A stretch of 32,000 nt of DNA. It comes from Mycobacterium leprae TN. GTDB taxonomy: Bacteria; Actinomycetota; Actinomycetes; Mycobacteriales; Mycobacteriaceae. Each line of letters begins with the position of its first letter. Within the stretch, counting starts at the first letter, position 1. Shown piece after piece: positions 11,962-23,535 of this stretch. Where the stretch lies: contig NC_002677.1 of NCBI RefSeq assembly GCF_000195855.1, positions 1,860,001 through 1,892,000 on the forward strand, read 5' to 3'. The notes under the pieces are model-generated. The model was not told the DNA's origin, searched no databases, and saw only the letters and a program-made list of their open reading frames with translations. The position numbers and the translations under genes were made by a program.

Positions 11962-12641
11962 AGCACGATTGCGGTCAGCACCAACCCGCGATCGACTGAC
12001 CACCGACCAGTCAGCACCGTTAACGGTGGACCCGACAATGCCGATCCGTCGACCAGGATCCGAGACACGAAACCACCCGACGAACCAAGATTGTCCACGT
12101 CAAACGTAATGTGAGCGTCCTCAAAACCCAACCACCTTTTGGTCAGCGGAAACCACGCCTTGTACGTTGCCTCCTTAGCACAAAACAAGATTCGGTCCCA
12201 ATACAGTACCGACGGCAACTTCCGACGCATTTCGCTGCGCTCCTCCGGCAGGCTGATAACATCCAGCACGCCGTTCGGCAACATCTCATGCGGTTCTGCG
12301 TCGATGCCCACTGAACGTACCGCGGCACTGCGCCCCACTACGGCGCCGCGATAGCCAGAGCAGTGGGTAAGACTCCCTACCACCCCGTCGGGCCAACACG
12401 GTTCCCCCTTGTCTCCCTTGAGGATTGGCACCGGAGGGACTCGGAGTCGGCCCAGAGCAATCCGGGCACAATAACGGGCGGTGATGAATTCGTTGCGCCG
12501 CTTAGCCACCGACTTGGCAATCAACAGTTCCTCTTCGGGCAACGGAGTAAGACCGGGTGGGTCGGAGTACAGCTCCGCGTACTCCAGATCCTGCGACGCG
12601 TAGTCGGGCAGCACCGATGACACCAACATGCTCACTGTCAT
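11958..12641 (-). CDS. pptT: Sfp-type 4'-phosphopantetheinyl transferase PptT
   Basis: 227 aa, the same length as Rv2794c. Carries the motifs [14 protein letters not shown] and [11 protein letters not shown]. Its ATGA overlaps pptH upstream (12638-12641) and truB downstream. Confidence 0.94.
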   Translation of the reverse strand: MTVSMLVSSVLPDYASQDLEYAELYSDPPGLTPLPEEELLIAKSVAKRRNEFITARYCARIALGRLRVPPVPILKGDKGEPCWPDGVVGSLTHCSGYRGAVVGRSAAVRSVGIDAEPHEMLPNGVLDVISLPEERSEMRRKLPSVLYWDRILFCAKEATYKAWFPLTKRWLGFEDAHITFDVDNLGSSGGFVSRILVDGSALSGPPLTVLTGRWSVDRGLVLTAIVL

Positions 12642-13603
12642 CGTGACTGCTTCTGCCGCAATCGTTCCCGGAATTGCACGGCCTGTGCCCGCATCTCGGA
12701 AGTAATCACGAAGTGACCGCCGAAGTCGTTGAGATAGCCGGGTGCATACTGAGGATCAGGCAACACCTGGCGCAGCCAGCTATACGGCTTACGGCGCCGC
12801 CACTCCCGCGGGTAACCCACCGATACCTCTTCGAAGCGCACCTCGTTATACCAGGTGGTACGTGGAATATGAAGATGGCCGTAGACCGAACAAACTGCGT
12901 TGTAGCGGATATGCCAGTCAGCGGTTTTAGTGGTTCCACACCACAGCGAAAATTCTGGATAGAATAACGCGTCACAGGGTTCTCGCACCAACGGAAAATG
13001 GTTTACCAGCACGGTCGGTGTCATCCAGTCAAGTTGTTCGAGACGGGACCGGGTGACATCGAGCCTGTCACGACACCACGCCTCGCGAGTAGCGTACGGC
13101 TCCGATGAGAGCAGGTATTCATCAGTAGCCACCACATTGCGCTCCCGCGCTATGGCCAAACCCTTGGCTTTGCTGTCAGCGCCAGTGGGTAAGAAAGTAT
13201 AGTCATACAGCAAAAACATCGGCACGATCGTGGCCGGGCCGCCACGCTCTGTCCAAAGCGGGAACGGATGTTCGGACGTAACCACGCCCATCTGGTCGCA
13301 CATATTAATCAGGTAATCATAGCGTGCTCGGCCAAAGATCTGCATCGGATCCCGGTTGGTCGTCCACAGTTCGTGGTTGCCAGGAACCCAAATAACCTTG
13401 GCAAAGCGGTGCCGCAGCAGTTCAAGCGTCCAACGAATCTCATCGGTGCATTCAGCGACGTCGCCGGCAACGATCAGCCAATCATCTGGCGACAACGGGT
13501 ACAGCGATTCAGCTACCGGCTTATTACCGACGTGACCGGTGTGCAGGTCGGAAATCGCCCACAACGTCGGCTCTACCCCGCACATCGGTTCCTGTTTTGC
13601 CAC
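12638..13603 (-). CDS. pptH: calcineurin-like metallophosphoesterase, Rv2795c/PptH-like phosphopantetheinyl hydrolase
   Basis: 321-aa intact ORF with the metallophosphoesterase signature in order: ISDLHTGH (DxH), VAGDV (GD), VPGNHE (GNHE), VNHFP, GHLH. It is first in the pptH-pptT-truB overlapping series, as in M. tuberculosis. Confidence 0.88.
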   Translation of the reverse strand: MAKQEPMCGVEPTLWAISDLHTGHVGNKPVAESLYPLSPDDWLIVAGDVAECTDEIRWTLELLRHRFAKVIWVPGNHELWTTNRDPMQIFGRARYDYLINMCDQMGVVTSEHPFPLWTERGGPATIVPMFLLYDYTFLPTGADSKAKGLAIARERNVVATDEYLLSSEPYATREAWCRDRLDVTRSRLEQLDWMTPTVLVNHFPLVREPCDALFYPEFSLWCGTTKTADWHIRYNAVCSVYGHLHIPRTTWYNEVRFEEVSVGYPREWRRRKPYSWLRQVLPDPQYAPGYLNDFGGHFVITSEMRAQAVQFRERLRQKQSR

Positions 13604-14399
13604 GGTTGCTCAGCCTAGCGCCACGACCTCGTCGACCTGCACACGTCACCACCGGTTATCGTTTTCCCACTGACGACACGAACGTAACTTGCACACTCTC
13701 GGCAAAGGACCGCAGCAAGTTACATGTTAGTAGTATCCTACTAGTCTGAGTCCGTCTGATCGGAGAGCCCGGTGCGTTAGTCACAACGGTCATCGGGGGC
13801 GCAGTGGGCACAGAGAACGCCCCGCTGCCAACCGCAGCTGGGACCGTCCTAGCTGCCGGTCGACCAGCGATCCGATAGAAACCACAATGACGAGTAACCG
13901 ATTATAGCTACCAGTGACCCACGCCCGTTCGACCTATGTTAGGGGACATCCAGTTCGATGCCGTGCAGCGACTCGGACTGGCGTTCACACCACCCAAACG
14001 CGAAGTCGGGCTGTACTGCTACTATGACACCGATAACTATCAGATGGCTGTCGAGGCCAATCATCTGACTTGCTTACGCACAATTCCACCCGATGCCCAT
14101 CAGTGGCCACCGTGCCGCACAGTATTAGGTCATGAAACCGACCGATCACAATAGTTTCTAGAACTACTCCTGCATGGTGACGTTCAAGACCCGCTACGGA
14201 GTAATCCAGCAGGCCCCATTACACCCCAGCCCCGACGTCGACTGCCCGTACACCAACCTGCAACAAGCTAACGATCTCTCCAGTACAAGTTCTAACCGCC
14301 AGTCGGCCAGTCTTACCCTGAGTTCGTGCGTACCCTAAGCACGCAATTCGGCAGCAACGCTGCCGGAAGACTGTTGAGACTGCCGTGGGCGACCACCCG

Positions 14400-15900
14400 T
14401 TACACCGTTAGCTGAGTACAAGTCCCGATACGCAACAGCCATACACCTGGTTGCCGACAACTATGCACCGATCACGTCAAGCCCCACAAGCACCTTGCTA
14501 GTCCGCTGACCCTATGAGCATAGGCTGTCGATTCTAGTTGATATTTGACAAGCTGTAAACTGCCCGCGGCTACCACATCGTGCTGCACAGCGTGCACAGG
14601 ACGTTCGGGTCGGGCGGTGTGTTCGAGCCAATGATCAACGAAGCCGCCGACACCGTGACGTGGCCTCCGTCAGCCACCCTAATTCACCGGGATGGTTCAG
14701 CACCGTCGGGTTGTCCTACCTGGGGTTCACCCAGGAGGCGCTGTTGCACTATCCGCCACCAGAACTGACCGCGACCGTCATCACCGCGGCTCCACACGAT
14801 TTCCACACCTCGGTGTGAGGTACCGGCTCGTTCACCATCAACAATTTTCTGCGCTGGCGCAATCTGATTTCGCACCAGTAACATCCACAACGCATCCGGA
14901 GCAGCATCGCCAGCTGCAGACATGGCGGAAGGTGACACGCGCCGCCAGTGACGTTCCACTGGGTACTGCCGCCAGGACACTGCTTGGCACGGGTACTCCG
15001 TGTTGCGCATCGTGGGGCACACATTCCGACCACAACGATCCGTTTTGGACACAAATACGGCTCGGCACCGCGCTGGACCGCATTCAGATGGCCGATATTG
15101 CTAGTGAGAGCTGGTAAGATATAGTCTCTCCGGCAAACCTGCACCAGTACCGGTTATCTGGTGCGGCCGAGGTGTCAACGTAACGCTAACGATCAGGCCG
15201 TAGACACACAACTCAAATGCTCACCAAAGGTCTGACCACCAATGCTCTCGGAATCGTTTACTTGAATGGACACTGACCTGGGCGAGACGCCGGCGCGACA
15301 AGCAAGAACCGATGATGGCATCCCAGCTGCTGACACCGGCCACCCCTCCGGTGTATTTCGGCCCCTTCCGGTTGGCCGGCGGAATCATACACCGACACCT
15401 CCAACATCGGGCGTACCACCAGCTAGTACAGCAGACGTAGTCAGGTGTACAGGTTGAGTCGCACCAGCTCGATCAACAGTATCACTGATACCATGAGCAC
15501 CGCCAATTTGTGTTTGGGTCGAAAATCGATCCGGTAGACACGCACCGACTCGGTAGTCCAAATATGCAAATCCTTGATTGCACTAAGGCTTTCTGGGTAT
15601 TTCACCGTTAGTGCGACAACAACTTTCGCTGCGACCCGCACCACAAGGTGCGCATCGGCGCTGTCGGCAGCCGCAGCTGCCAGTAAGTCCCGATTCTCGG
15701 GTCACACTCGCTCCACGTGTCCATGAGCGACCGTCGAAAACAGCAAGAACTCCCGGGTCGCCAACCTAGAACCGCTTTTCTCCGATGCCGCCTTTGCGCA
15801 GCAACACACGCTGATAAACATCCAGCAGTACGTTGCACGACCACAAGCCATTACTTCAGAAAGGTGTCACTGCGATCTCGCAAGCCGCGCTACAACGTCG
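14400..15900 (+). pseudogene. CocE/NonD-family (S15 X-Pro dipeptidyl-peptidase-like) hydrolase remnant, probably Rv2800-like
   Basis: Across shifting frames: VPIRNS..IHLVADNYAPITSSPTSTLLVR*PYEHRLSILVDI*, then RTFGSGGVFEPMINEAADTVTW, then GWFSTVGLSYLGFTQEALLHYPPPELTATVITAAPHDFHTSV*GTGSFTINNFLRWRNLISHQ (nucleophile motif G-x-S-Y-x-G). A weaker C-terminal beta-sandwich match occurs around 15500-15700 (..VVQICKSLIALR..). Both ends are approximate. Confidence 0.55.
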
Positions 15901-16252
15901 AGCCGGCGCAAAGGCGACACGGTCTTCGGCGGCTGGCACCGTAACGACAACGCACCTAGCAATCGCGTCGTCGTCACGGTGACTTCAGCGACTGCCACCT
16001 CGGCATTCCGCGCTAATGGTTAGGTGATGCCACTGACCTTGCTCATATTACTGTCGGGCTACCAGCACTATACTCTTCTCGCCGTGGCCACGGACTGCAA
16101 CCCGCGCAGTTCGATGCTGTTCTGGTAGGAGCAGACCACGATAGGTGCGGGATCGCTGCGGTAAAACCCGCCAGATATAAACCACGGCGAGACTCCTCGG
16201 CGAGTCGTCACCGCCCATTATTGTGTCACGAAAGACTAGCTAGCCTGAGGTC

Positions 16253-16990
16253 ATGGCCGGACGATACCCTGCTGATCAAAACCAACGAGCAGGTGTGCAC
16301 CCGGACCATCAACGGGCTGTAGGAGAGCAATGTGCTGTCTGAGATACTACGCGGTAGGTTTTTCAGGGACCTGACCGGTGCCGAGACCGACGATGGCTGC
16401 CATAGTCACCGGTGCCGATCCGGTATTTTGCGCTGAGCTGAATACCAAAAAGCTGGACAAACATTCGACGTTGTCCGATATCTCCCCACGGTAACCATCG
16501 ATGACCAAGCTGATGATCGACGCGATCAATGGCGCCGCGGTCACCGGTGGACTGAAAATGGTCCTGTACTGCAACAGGGATCGCTTCAAAGCACACGTGC
16601 TTCGTCGACACCCCATGCCCAAGTTGGCCGGCTATCCACCTCAGGGCTGAGCGTGCGGCTGCCGCAAAAGGTGGGTATAGGCATGACCCAGCGGATGAAC
16701 TTCACCGGACAACTACCTGCTGGCCGCCGCGCTGTGGACCGGCCTGGTCACCGAAGTGGTACCGCGCCACCGGCTGCTGGACAACGCTCACCAGATGTCA
16801 GCAACCATCATCGGCAACAATCAAACGCAGTATGGATATTACTGGCGTCCCACCACCGGACCGAAGAGTCGTAAACTTCCGGGGACTACGACTGGAAGCG
16901 ATGGCGGCCAAGCAATTCCGAGCCAGCAACGACGACATAGCCGTCAACCGCGAGGCCGTTCTTCGACGTGGACGTCCACAAGTGCGTTAG
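16253..16990 (+). pseudogene. echA16: enoyl-CoA hydratase (crotonase) remnant, Rv2831-like
   Basis: ATG 16253 ..DTLLIKTNEQVCTRTINGL-TAG-ESNVLSEILRGRFF.., then AINGAAVTGGLKMVLYCN, LSVRLPQKVGIGMTQRMNFTG, WTGLVTEVVPRHRLLDNAHQMSATIIGNNQT and VNREAVLRRGRPQVR-stop (16988-16990). The full length (738 bp) is retained but with several frame changes and in-frame stops. Confidence 0.85.
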
Positions 16991-17241
16991 GGTAGGAGAC
17001 AAGCAACAGGCACCCAGCCAATGCGGATTGGTGCACGCCTTTCACCCTGTTAAGGGTTCGAGATGTGCAGTACGAACGGAATGGCGAGCCACGGAGGCTG
17101 ACAAATAGACCATATAATTGCGTTTAATACATTGTTGTCAGGAGGCAACATCAACACCGCCATTATTACGCACGACCGGATGAAGCCGTCCATAGACCGC
17201 TACATTCCGGCAACGAGGTCGGCAGGTAGACTGCGCGATCC

Positions 17242-18684
17242 ATGGGATGCAACAAGCGAGGCGTGACTCGCCAGGAAGACGACTTCTCCGCCTGGTACAA
17301 CGAGGTCGTCGCCAAGGCAGGACTGATCGATCGAGGACCCGCCAAGGGAACCATGGTGATTCGCCCGTACGGCTACCGAATTTGGGAGCTGTTGCAGGAC
17401 GAGCTTGATAGCAAGATCAAGGAACTCGGGCACGAAAATGCCTACTTTCCGATGCTGATCCCAGAGAACTATTTCAACCGGGAAGCCGAGCATGTCGAAG
17501 GGTTCCATCCGGAACTGGCGGTCGTCACCCATGCCGGCGGCAAGGAGCTGTCCGAGCCCCTCGTGATCCGTCCCACCTCCGAGACCGTCATCGGCGACAT
17601 GATGGCCAAATGGATCACCTCCCACCGTGACCTACCGCTGCGGTTAAACCAGTGGTCGAATGTGGTCCGTTGGGAACTTCGGCCCCGAATGCTGCTGCGC
17701 ACGATCGAATTCCTGTGGCAAGAAGGTCACTCGGCGCACATCGAGAAATCCGACGCTCTCCGCGAAACTTTGTTCGCTCTGGACATATACACCACGTTGG
17801 CTCGTGACATGGCCGCCATTCCGATTGTTTCTGGAGAGAAAACCGCCGGTGAGCGGTTCGCCGGTGCGCTCAACACCTACACTATCGAAGCGATGATGCG
17901 CGATGGGAAAGCGTTGCAATCCGCAACCACTCATTACTTGGGAGACAACTTCGCTCGGGCGTTCAACATCCGCTACACCACCGCCGAAGAACAACAAGCT
18001 TTCGTGCACACGACGTCTTTTGGGCTAAGTACGCGGATGATCGGTGCTATCGTGATGGTCCACGGCGATGACAAGGGCCTTGTTCTCCCACCCCAGGTGG
18101 CCCCCTACCAAGTTGTCATCGTGCCAATCACTACCGGCAACAAGGCATCCGAGGTCGGACATGCCGCAGCAGACTTGGCGCGACGCCTGCAAGCTGCCGG
18201 GGTGCGCACGCATGTGGATGCGCGTCCACAGCTGACGCCAGGCTGGAAATACAACGAATGGGAGCTCCGCGGGGTACCGATCCGCCTCGAACTCGGCCCG
18301 CGCGACCTCGAAGCCGGAACCACAGTCATGGTCAGGCGTATCGGTGAGAAAGCCAAACAGCCCATTGCCATCGCAGCTGCCCCGACCGAACTCCCCGGCA
18401 TTCTCGAAGAGTTCCAACGCACCTTGCTGGAGCGCGCCACCCAATTCCGCGACGATCACACCACACTGGTCGACAACTGGGACGCTTTCGCAACAACCGT
18501 AGCCACAGGATGGGCACTTGCCATTCATTGCGGCAACCCGGAGTGCGAAGAGGACATCAAAGCCGAAACAGCGGCCACCCCCCGATGCGTACCTCGGCAA
18601 GGCGCCCCAGCTACCGGACGGTGCATACGCTGCGATGCACCATCTGCTTACGACAAGCGAGTCATCTTTGCGAGAGCCTATTGA
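17242..18684 (+). CDS. proS: prolyl-tRNA synthetase, archaeal/eukaryote-like type (no INS editing domain, C-terminal Zn module)
   Basis: 480-aa intact ORF. Contains FSAWYNEVVAKAGLIDRGPAKGTMVIRPYGYRIWE, IRPTSETVI, LPLRLNQWSNVVRWE, FLWQEGHSAH, TYTIEAMMRDGKALQSATTHYLGDNFA and an anticodon-binding VVIVPI block. The C-terminal Cys cluster is HCGNPEC..RCIRCD, ending ..FARAY. The length is too short to hold the ~180-aa bacterial INS insertion. Confidence 0.95.
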   Translation: MGCNKRGVTRQEDDFSAWYNEVVAKAGLIDRGPAKGTMVIRPYGYRIWELLQDELDSKIKELGHENAYFPMLIPENYFNREAEHVEGFHPELAVVTHAGGKELSEPLVIRPTSETVIGDMMAKWITSHRDLPLRLNQWSNVVRWELRPRMLLRTIEFLWQEGHSAHIEKSDALRETLFALDIYTTLARDMAAIPIVSGEKTAGERFAGALNTYTIEAMMRDGKALQSATTHYLGDNFARAFNIRYTTAEEQQAFVHTTSFGLSTRMIGAIVMVHGDDKGLVLPPQVAPYQVVIVPITTGNKASEVGHAAADLARRLQAAGVRTHVDARPQLTPGWKYNEWELRGVPIRLELGPRDLEAGTTVMVRRIGEKAKQPIAIAAAPTELPGILEEFQRTLLERATQFRDDHTTLVDNWDAFATTVATGWALAIHCGNPECEEDIKAETAATPRCVPRQGAPATGRCIRCDAPSAYDKRVIFARAY

Positions 18685-18713
18685 CCGGACGGCCCTGGCC
18701 GGCACATCGTTAG

Positions 18714-19668
<955 letters not shown>

Positions 19669-19676
<8 letters not shown>

Positions 19677-20163
19677 CGGTTAGATCGTCGTCATCAATGT
19701 CCGCGATATCGACCCCGACCAGTCCCGCCACTGACCCCTTGTCACGATACGGATCGGCCTCCCCCGCCGGCTTGGCACGTAGGCGGACCTGCGCCACATC
19801 GGCATCCGCAGCGCGGGCGCGGGCCAACAACTCTTCCATCCGCGCCACACTGTCAGACGTCGTGTCCCGAATGAACGTCAGAGTCGGAGTGAAGCGCACA
19901 CCAGTACCCGCCCCGACCTTGCTACGCAGCGTGCCCTTGGCCCGGTTCAGCGCAGCGGTGGCGGCAGTGTAGTCGGGCGCATCCTCCAGCGTGCGACCCA
20001 TCACTGTGTAAAACACTGTGGCGTCATGCAAGTCAGCGGTCACCTTCACATCGACGATGGTCACCCCGTCCAACCCCGGATCCTTGATCTCGAACTCGAT
20101 GGCCGAGGCAACGATCGTGCAGATCCGCTTGGCCAGCCGACGCGCACGAGCCTGATCAGCCAT
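19669..20163 (-). CDS. rbfA: 30S ribosome-binding factor RbfA
   Basis: [56 protein letters not shown] matches the RbfA family. I prefer ATG 20163, which has GGAGGG 8 nt upstream, over the ORF-track GTG at 20184 that would overlap infB. Confidence 0.92.
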
Positions 20164-20171
20164 TAAGAACG

Positions 20172-20177
20172 CCCTCC
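20172..20177 (-). promoter_or_regulatory. Shine-Dalgarno (GGAGGG) for rbfA, abutting the infB stop codon
   Basis: Minus strand reads ..CGT GCG TAG GAGGGCGTTCTTA ATG GCT GAT... A strong SD core lies 8 nt upstream of the preferred start. Confidence 0.6.
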
Positions 20178-22951
20178 TACGCACGTTGTTTCTCTACCAA
20201 CTCGTAGGACTCAATAACATCACCCTCCTTGATATCCGAGTAACCCAACGTCATACCGCACTCGAAGCCCTCGCGTACCTCGGTCACGTCATCTTTTTCC
20301 CGACGCAGCGAGGTCACCGTGAGGTTGTCGGTGACCACGATGTTGTCACGCAACAGCCGGACCTTCGCGTTGCGCCGCACCACACCCGAACTGATTATGC
20401 AGCCAGCAATGATGCCTACCTTTGAGGAACGGAACAGCGCCCGGATCTCGGCACGCCCCAGCTGATTCTCTTCGTAAATCGGTTTGAGCATGCCACGCAG
20501 GGCCTTTTCGATATCATCGATCGCCTGGTAAATGACCAAGTAGTAGCGGATCTCCACGCCCTCGCGGCTTGCCAACTCGGTGGCTTTACCTTCAGCGCGC
20601 ACGTTGAAGCCAATGATGATCGCATCCGAGGCCGACGCAAGATTGACATTAGTCTCGGTGATGCCACCGACGCCCCGATCAATAACGCGCAAAGCGACTT
20701 CGTCGTCGACCTGTATGCCCATCAGCGCCTCTTCCAACGCCTCGACCGTACCGGCGTTGTCGCCCTTGAGGATCAGGTTCAGCTGGCTGGTTTCCTTCAG
20801 CGCCGAATCCAGGTCCTCCAGGCTGATTCGCTTGCGCGAACGCGCCGCCAAGGCGTTGCGCTTACGGGCGCTGCGCCGATCGGCGATCTGGCGGGCGATG
20901 CGATCCTCGTCAACGACCAGGAAGTTGTCACCAGCGCCGGGCACCGACGTGAACCCGATGACCTGCACCGGACTCGACGGTAGCGCCGCCTCGATGTCCA
21001 CTCCGTGTTCGTCGACCATGCGGCGGACACGGCCATACGCGTCGCCGGCGACGACCGAGTCGCCGATGCGCAGCGTACCGCGCTGTACCAACACCGTGGC
21101 GACCGGACCTCGACCGCGGTCCAGGTGCGCCTCGATCGCCACACCCTGGGCCTCCATGCCGGAGTTAGCCCGCAAGTCCAGAGCGGCATCGGCGGTCAGC
21201 AGCACCGCCTCGAGCAGGGCCTCGATGTTGGTGCCCACCTTTGCCGAGATGTCGATGAACATGGTGTCGCCACCGAAATCCTCTGCTACCAAACCATATT
21301 CGGTGAGCTGGCCACGGATTTTAGCCGGGTCAGCACCTTCCTTGTCGATCTTGTTAACCGCCACCACGATCGGCACGTCAGCGGCCTGCGCATGGTTGAT
21401 GGCCTCCACCGTCTGCGGCATCACACCGTCGTCGGCGGCAACCACCAGGATGGCGATGTCGGTGGCTTTGGCGCCCCGAGCACGCATGGCGGTGAACGCC
21501 TCGTGGCCCGGGGTGTCGATGAAGGTGATCAACCGCTCGCTGCCGTCGAGGTCGACTCCGACCTGGTAGGCACCGATGTGCTGGGTGATGCCGCCAGCCT
21601 CGGCCTCGCGGACGTTGGCCTTTCGTATAGTATCCAGCAGGCGGGTCTTGCCGTGGTCGACGTGGCCCATTACGGTCACGACCGGCGGACGGACCTGCAG
21701 CTCGTCTTCGTCTCCTTGGTCCTCACCGTAAGTGAGGTCGAAGGGTTCTAGCAACTCACGGTCTTCGTCCTCGGGGCTGACTACCTGGACGTTGTAATTC
21801 ATCTCGCTACCCAGCAACTCGAGTGTCTCGTCACCGACCGACTGGGTTGCCGTCACCATCTCCCCGAGGTTAAACAGCGCCTGCACCAATGCAGCCGGAT
21901 TGGCGTCAATTTTCTCGGCGAAGTCCGAGAGGGATGCTCCGCGCGCCAATCGAATCGTCTCGCCGTTGCCATGCGGTAACCGCACGCCGCCAACGACAGG
22001 AGCTTGCATAGAGTCGTATTCCTGGCGCTTCTGCCGCTTGGACTTACGACCGCGCCGGGGTGCACCGCCAGGACGGCCAAATGCACCGGCCGCACCGCCG
22101 CGCTGTCCGGGCCGGCCGCCACCACCGTGGCCGCCACCACCGGGACGGCCACGAAAACCTCCCGAGCCGCCACCCGGCAGGGCTCCGACACCCCCGCCAC
22201 GGTAGTTACCGCCACCCGCATCGGAGCGACCGCCGACGGGAGCGCCCGGCCGACCCCCACCGGGTCGGGGTACGCCAGTACGTGGTGGACGGGGTCCCCC
22301 TCCCCCAACTGCACCTCCGGGACGCGGCGACATGCTGCTTGGCGAAGCGCTCGGGCGGGGTGCCGGCGGACGAGGGATGGGCCGGGCTACAGATTGCGCC
22401 GACGAAAACGGGTTGTTACCAACGCGCGGGGGACGACCCCCTGGCTTAGGTGCCGGCCCGGGGTGCGGGCCGGTCGGCATCCCCGGATGGCCCGGATGGG
22501 GCGCCGCTGGAGTGCCCTGTTGGCCAGGGAGCGGCACTCCCGGCTGCTCCGAAGGCTGTCCTGCGGGCGGCGCCAGTTCCTCACGATGCGCGGTTGAAGG
22601 ACCCTCGCCAGCCACAATAGGCACCACTGCAGCGGAATGATCGACCTGTACCGGCGCAGCAGTCGTCGCACCGTTGCCTGCGACCGCCTTGTCGAGAGCC
22701 CGGTCAAGGGTTTGGTCGAGCGATTCGCCGAGGCGTTTGGCCTGGGCTTTTGTGGCTACCTGCTCAGCACCCTTATCCGCGGCCGGCTTGATGCCACCGA
22801 ACGATTCACGGAGCCGGCGAGCGACCGGTGCTTCGACCGTCGACGACGCAGACTTGACGAATTCGCCCTGCTCATTTAGCCGGGCGAGGACTTCTTTGCT
22901 TGTAACACCGAGTTCCTTAGCCAACTCGTGTACACGGGCCTTACCTGCCAC
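20177..22951 (-). CDS. infB: translation initiation factor IF-2
   Basis: 924-aa ORF. N-terminus [22 protein letters not shown], followed by a long Pro/Gly/Arg-rich low-complexity linker. GTPase motifs are [16 protein letters not shown] and NKID, and the C-terminal domains are colinear with actinobacterial IF-2. Confidence 0.97.
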   Translation of the reverse strand: MAGKARVHELAKELGVTSKEVLARLNEQGEFVKSASSTVEAPVARRLRESFGGIKPAADKGAEQVATKAQAKRLGESLDQTLDRALDKAVAGNGATTAAPVQVDHSAAVVPIVAGEGPSTAHREELAPPAGQPSEQPGVPLPGQQGTPAAPHPGHPGMPTGPHPGPAPKPGGRPPRVGNNPFSSAQSVARPIPRPPAPRPSASPSSMSPRPGGAVGGGGPRPPRTGVPRPGGGRPGAPVGGRSDAGGGNYRGGGVGALPGGGSGGFRGRPGGGGHGGGGRPGQRGGAAGAFGRPGGAPRRGRKSKRQKRQEYDSMQAPVVGGVRLPHGNGETIRLARGASLSDFAEKIDANPAALVQALFNLGEMVTATQSVGDETLELLGSEMNYNVQVVSPEDEDRELLEPFDLTYGEDQGDEDELQVRPPVVTVMGHVDHGKTRLLDTIRKANVREAEAGGITQHIGAYQVGVDLDGSERLITFIDTPGHEAFTAMRARGAKATDIAILVVAADDGVMPQTVEAINHAQAADVPIVVAVNKIDKEGADPAKIRGQLTEYGLVAEDFGGDTMFIDISAKVGTNIEALLEAVLLTADAALDLRANSGMEAQGVAIEAHLDRGRGPVATVLVQRGTLRIGDSVVAGDAYGRVRRMVDEHGVDIEAALPSSPVQVIGFTSVPGAGDNFLVVDEDRIARQIADRRSARKRNALAARSRKRISLEDLDSALKETSQLNLILKGDNAGTVEALEEALMGIQVDDEVALRVIDRGVGGITETNVNLASASDAIIIGFNVRAEGKATELASREGVEIRYYLVIYQAIDDIEKALRGMLKPIYEENQLGRAEIRALFRSSKVGIIAGCIISSGVVRRNAKVRLLRDNIVVTDNLTVTSLRREKDDVTEVREGFECGMTLGYSDIKEGDVIESYELVEKQRA

Positions 22952-23015
22952 TACATCTCCTGTCTATGAGGCGACAGTGGTGGGCCGCGCCTCCGGGTTT
23001 AGCTATGACGCATTG

Positions 23016-23387
23016 TCATCGGGACTTCACGGTGTGCTCATGTTCTTTGCTACCTGTTCTGTTGCCGGGACGATCTAGTTCACTGAGAAACTCTATGTGC
23101 TCGACCACCGCGGATGTGTCCGGTGAACCGGCGATGCGCAGCGCCCCGGTGAAAGCCCGTCGCCGAATCGCTTGTTGCACGCACTGCATGTCAGGATGCA
23201 ACCACGCACCCCGCCCCGAAAGGCTACTCGCTGTGTCAACGATCACGGCATAACTGCCCTTTCCGGTTGACGGCGCAACCACTCGAAGCAGTTCGACAGC
23301 CAACTCTCGCTTTCGGCACCCGACACATGTCCGCACCGGTCCATCAGTGTGGTGACGGGCCGAGGCCGAAGATTCACGCTGGATCAC
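23016..23387 (-). CDS. ylxR: YlxR/RnpM (DUF448) family protein, Rv2840c-like
   Basis: Contains the family core PVRTCVGCRKRELAVELLRVV..GRGAWLHP..CVQQAIRRRAF and sits between nusA and infB as in most bacteria. The true start may be downstream of 23387, because the M. tuberculosis protein is about 99 aa by my recollection. Confidence 0.82.
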   Translation of the reverse strand: MIQRESSASARHHTDGPVRTCVGCRKRELAVELLRVVAPSTGKGSYAVIVDTASSLSGRGAWLHPDMQCVQQAIRRRAFTGALRIAGSPDTSAVVEHIEFLSELDRPGNRTGSKEHEHTVKSR

Positions 23388-23535
23388 GGCTCAGTCTAGC
23401 GTTACCGCGCTGTTGAGCAGAACCACCCGGTGAGCTGCGCTCGAACCAAACTGCCCAGCTCGCCTCCTGACCACTGCGCTGGGTTGATGGTGATGGCCTA
23501 GTCGCGCCCGACTTCGCCGCGCTTGCGCTCAATCA

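Noticed and set aside
13684-13723. 9-bp inverted repeat (gtaacttgc ... gcaagttac, 22-nt spacer) and a nearby tagtag/ctacta mini-palindrome upstream of pptH as an operator
   Set aside because: The arms are short enough to occur by chance in a decayed intergenic region. There is no second copy or adjacent regulator gene to support a binding site.
20580-22640. Plus-strand ORFs of 329, 248, 197, 129 and 102 aa opposite infB
   Set aside because: These are shadow ORFs of a GC-rich, codon-biased gene. Their Ser/Arg/Pro/Ala-rich low-complexity translations mirror the IF-2 Gly/Pro-rich linker. There is no independent start context or motifs.
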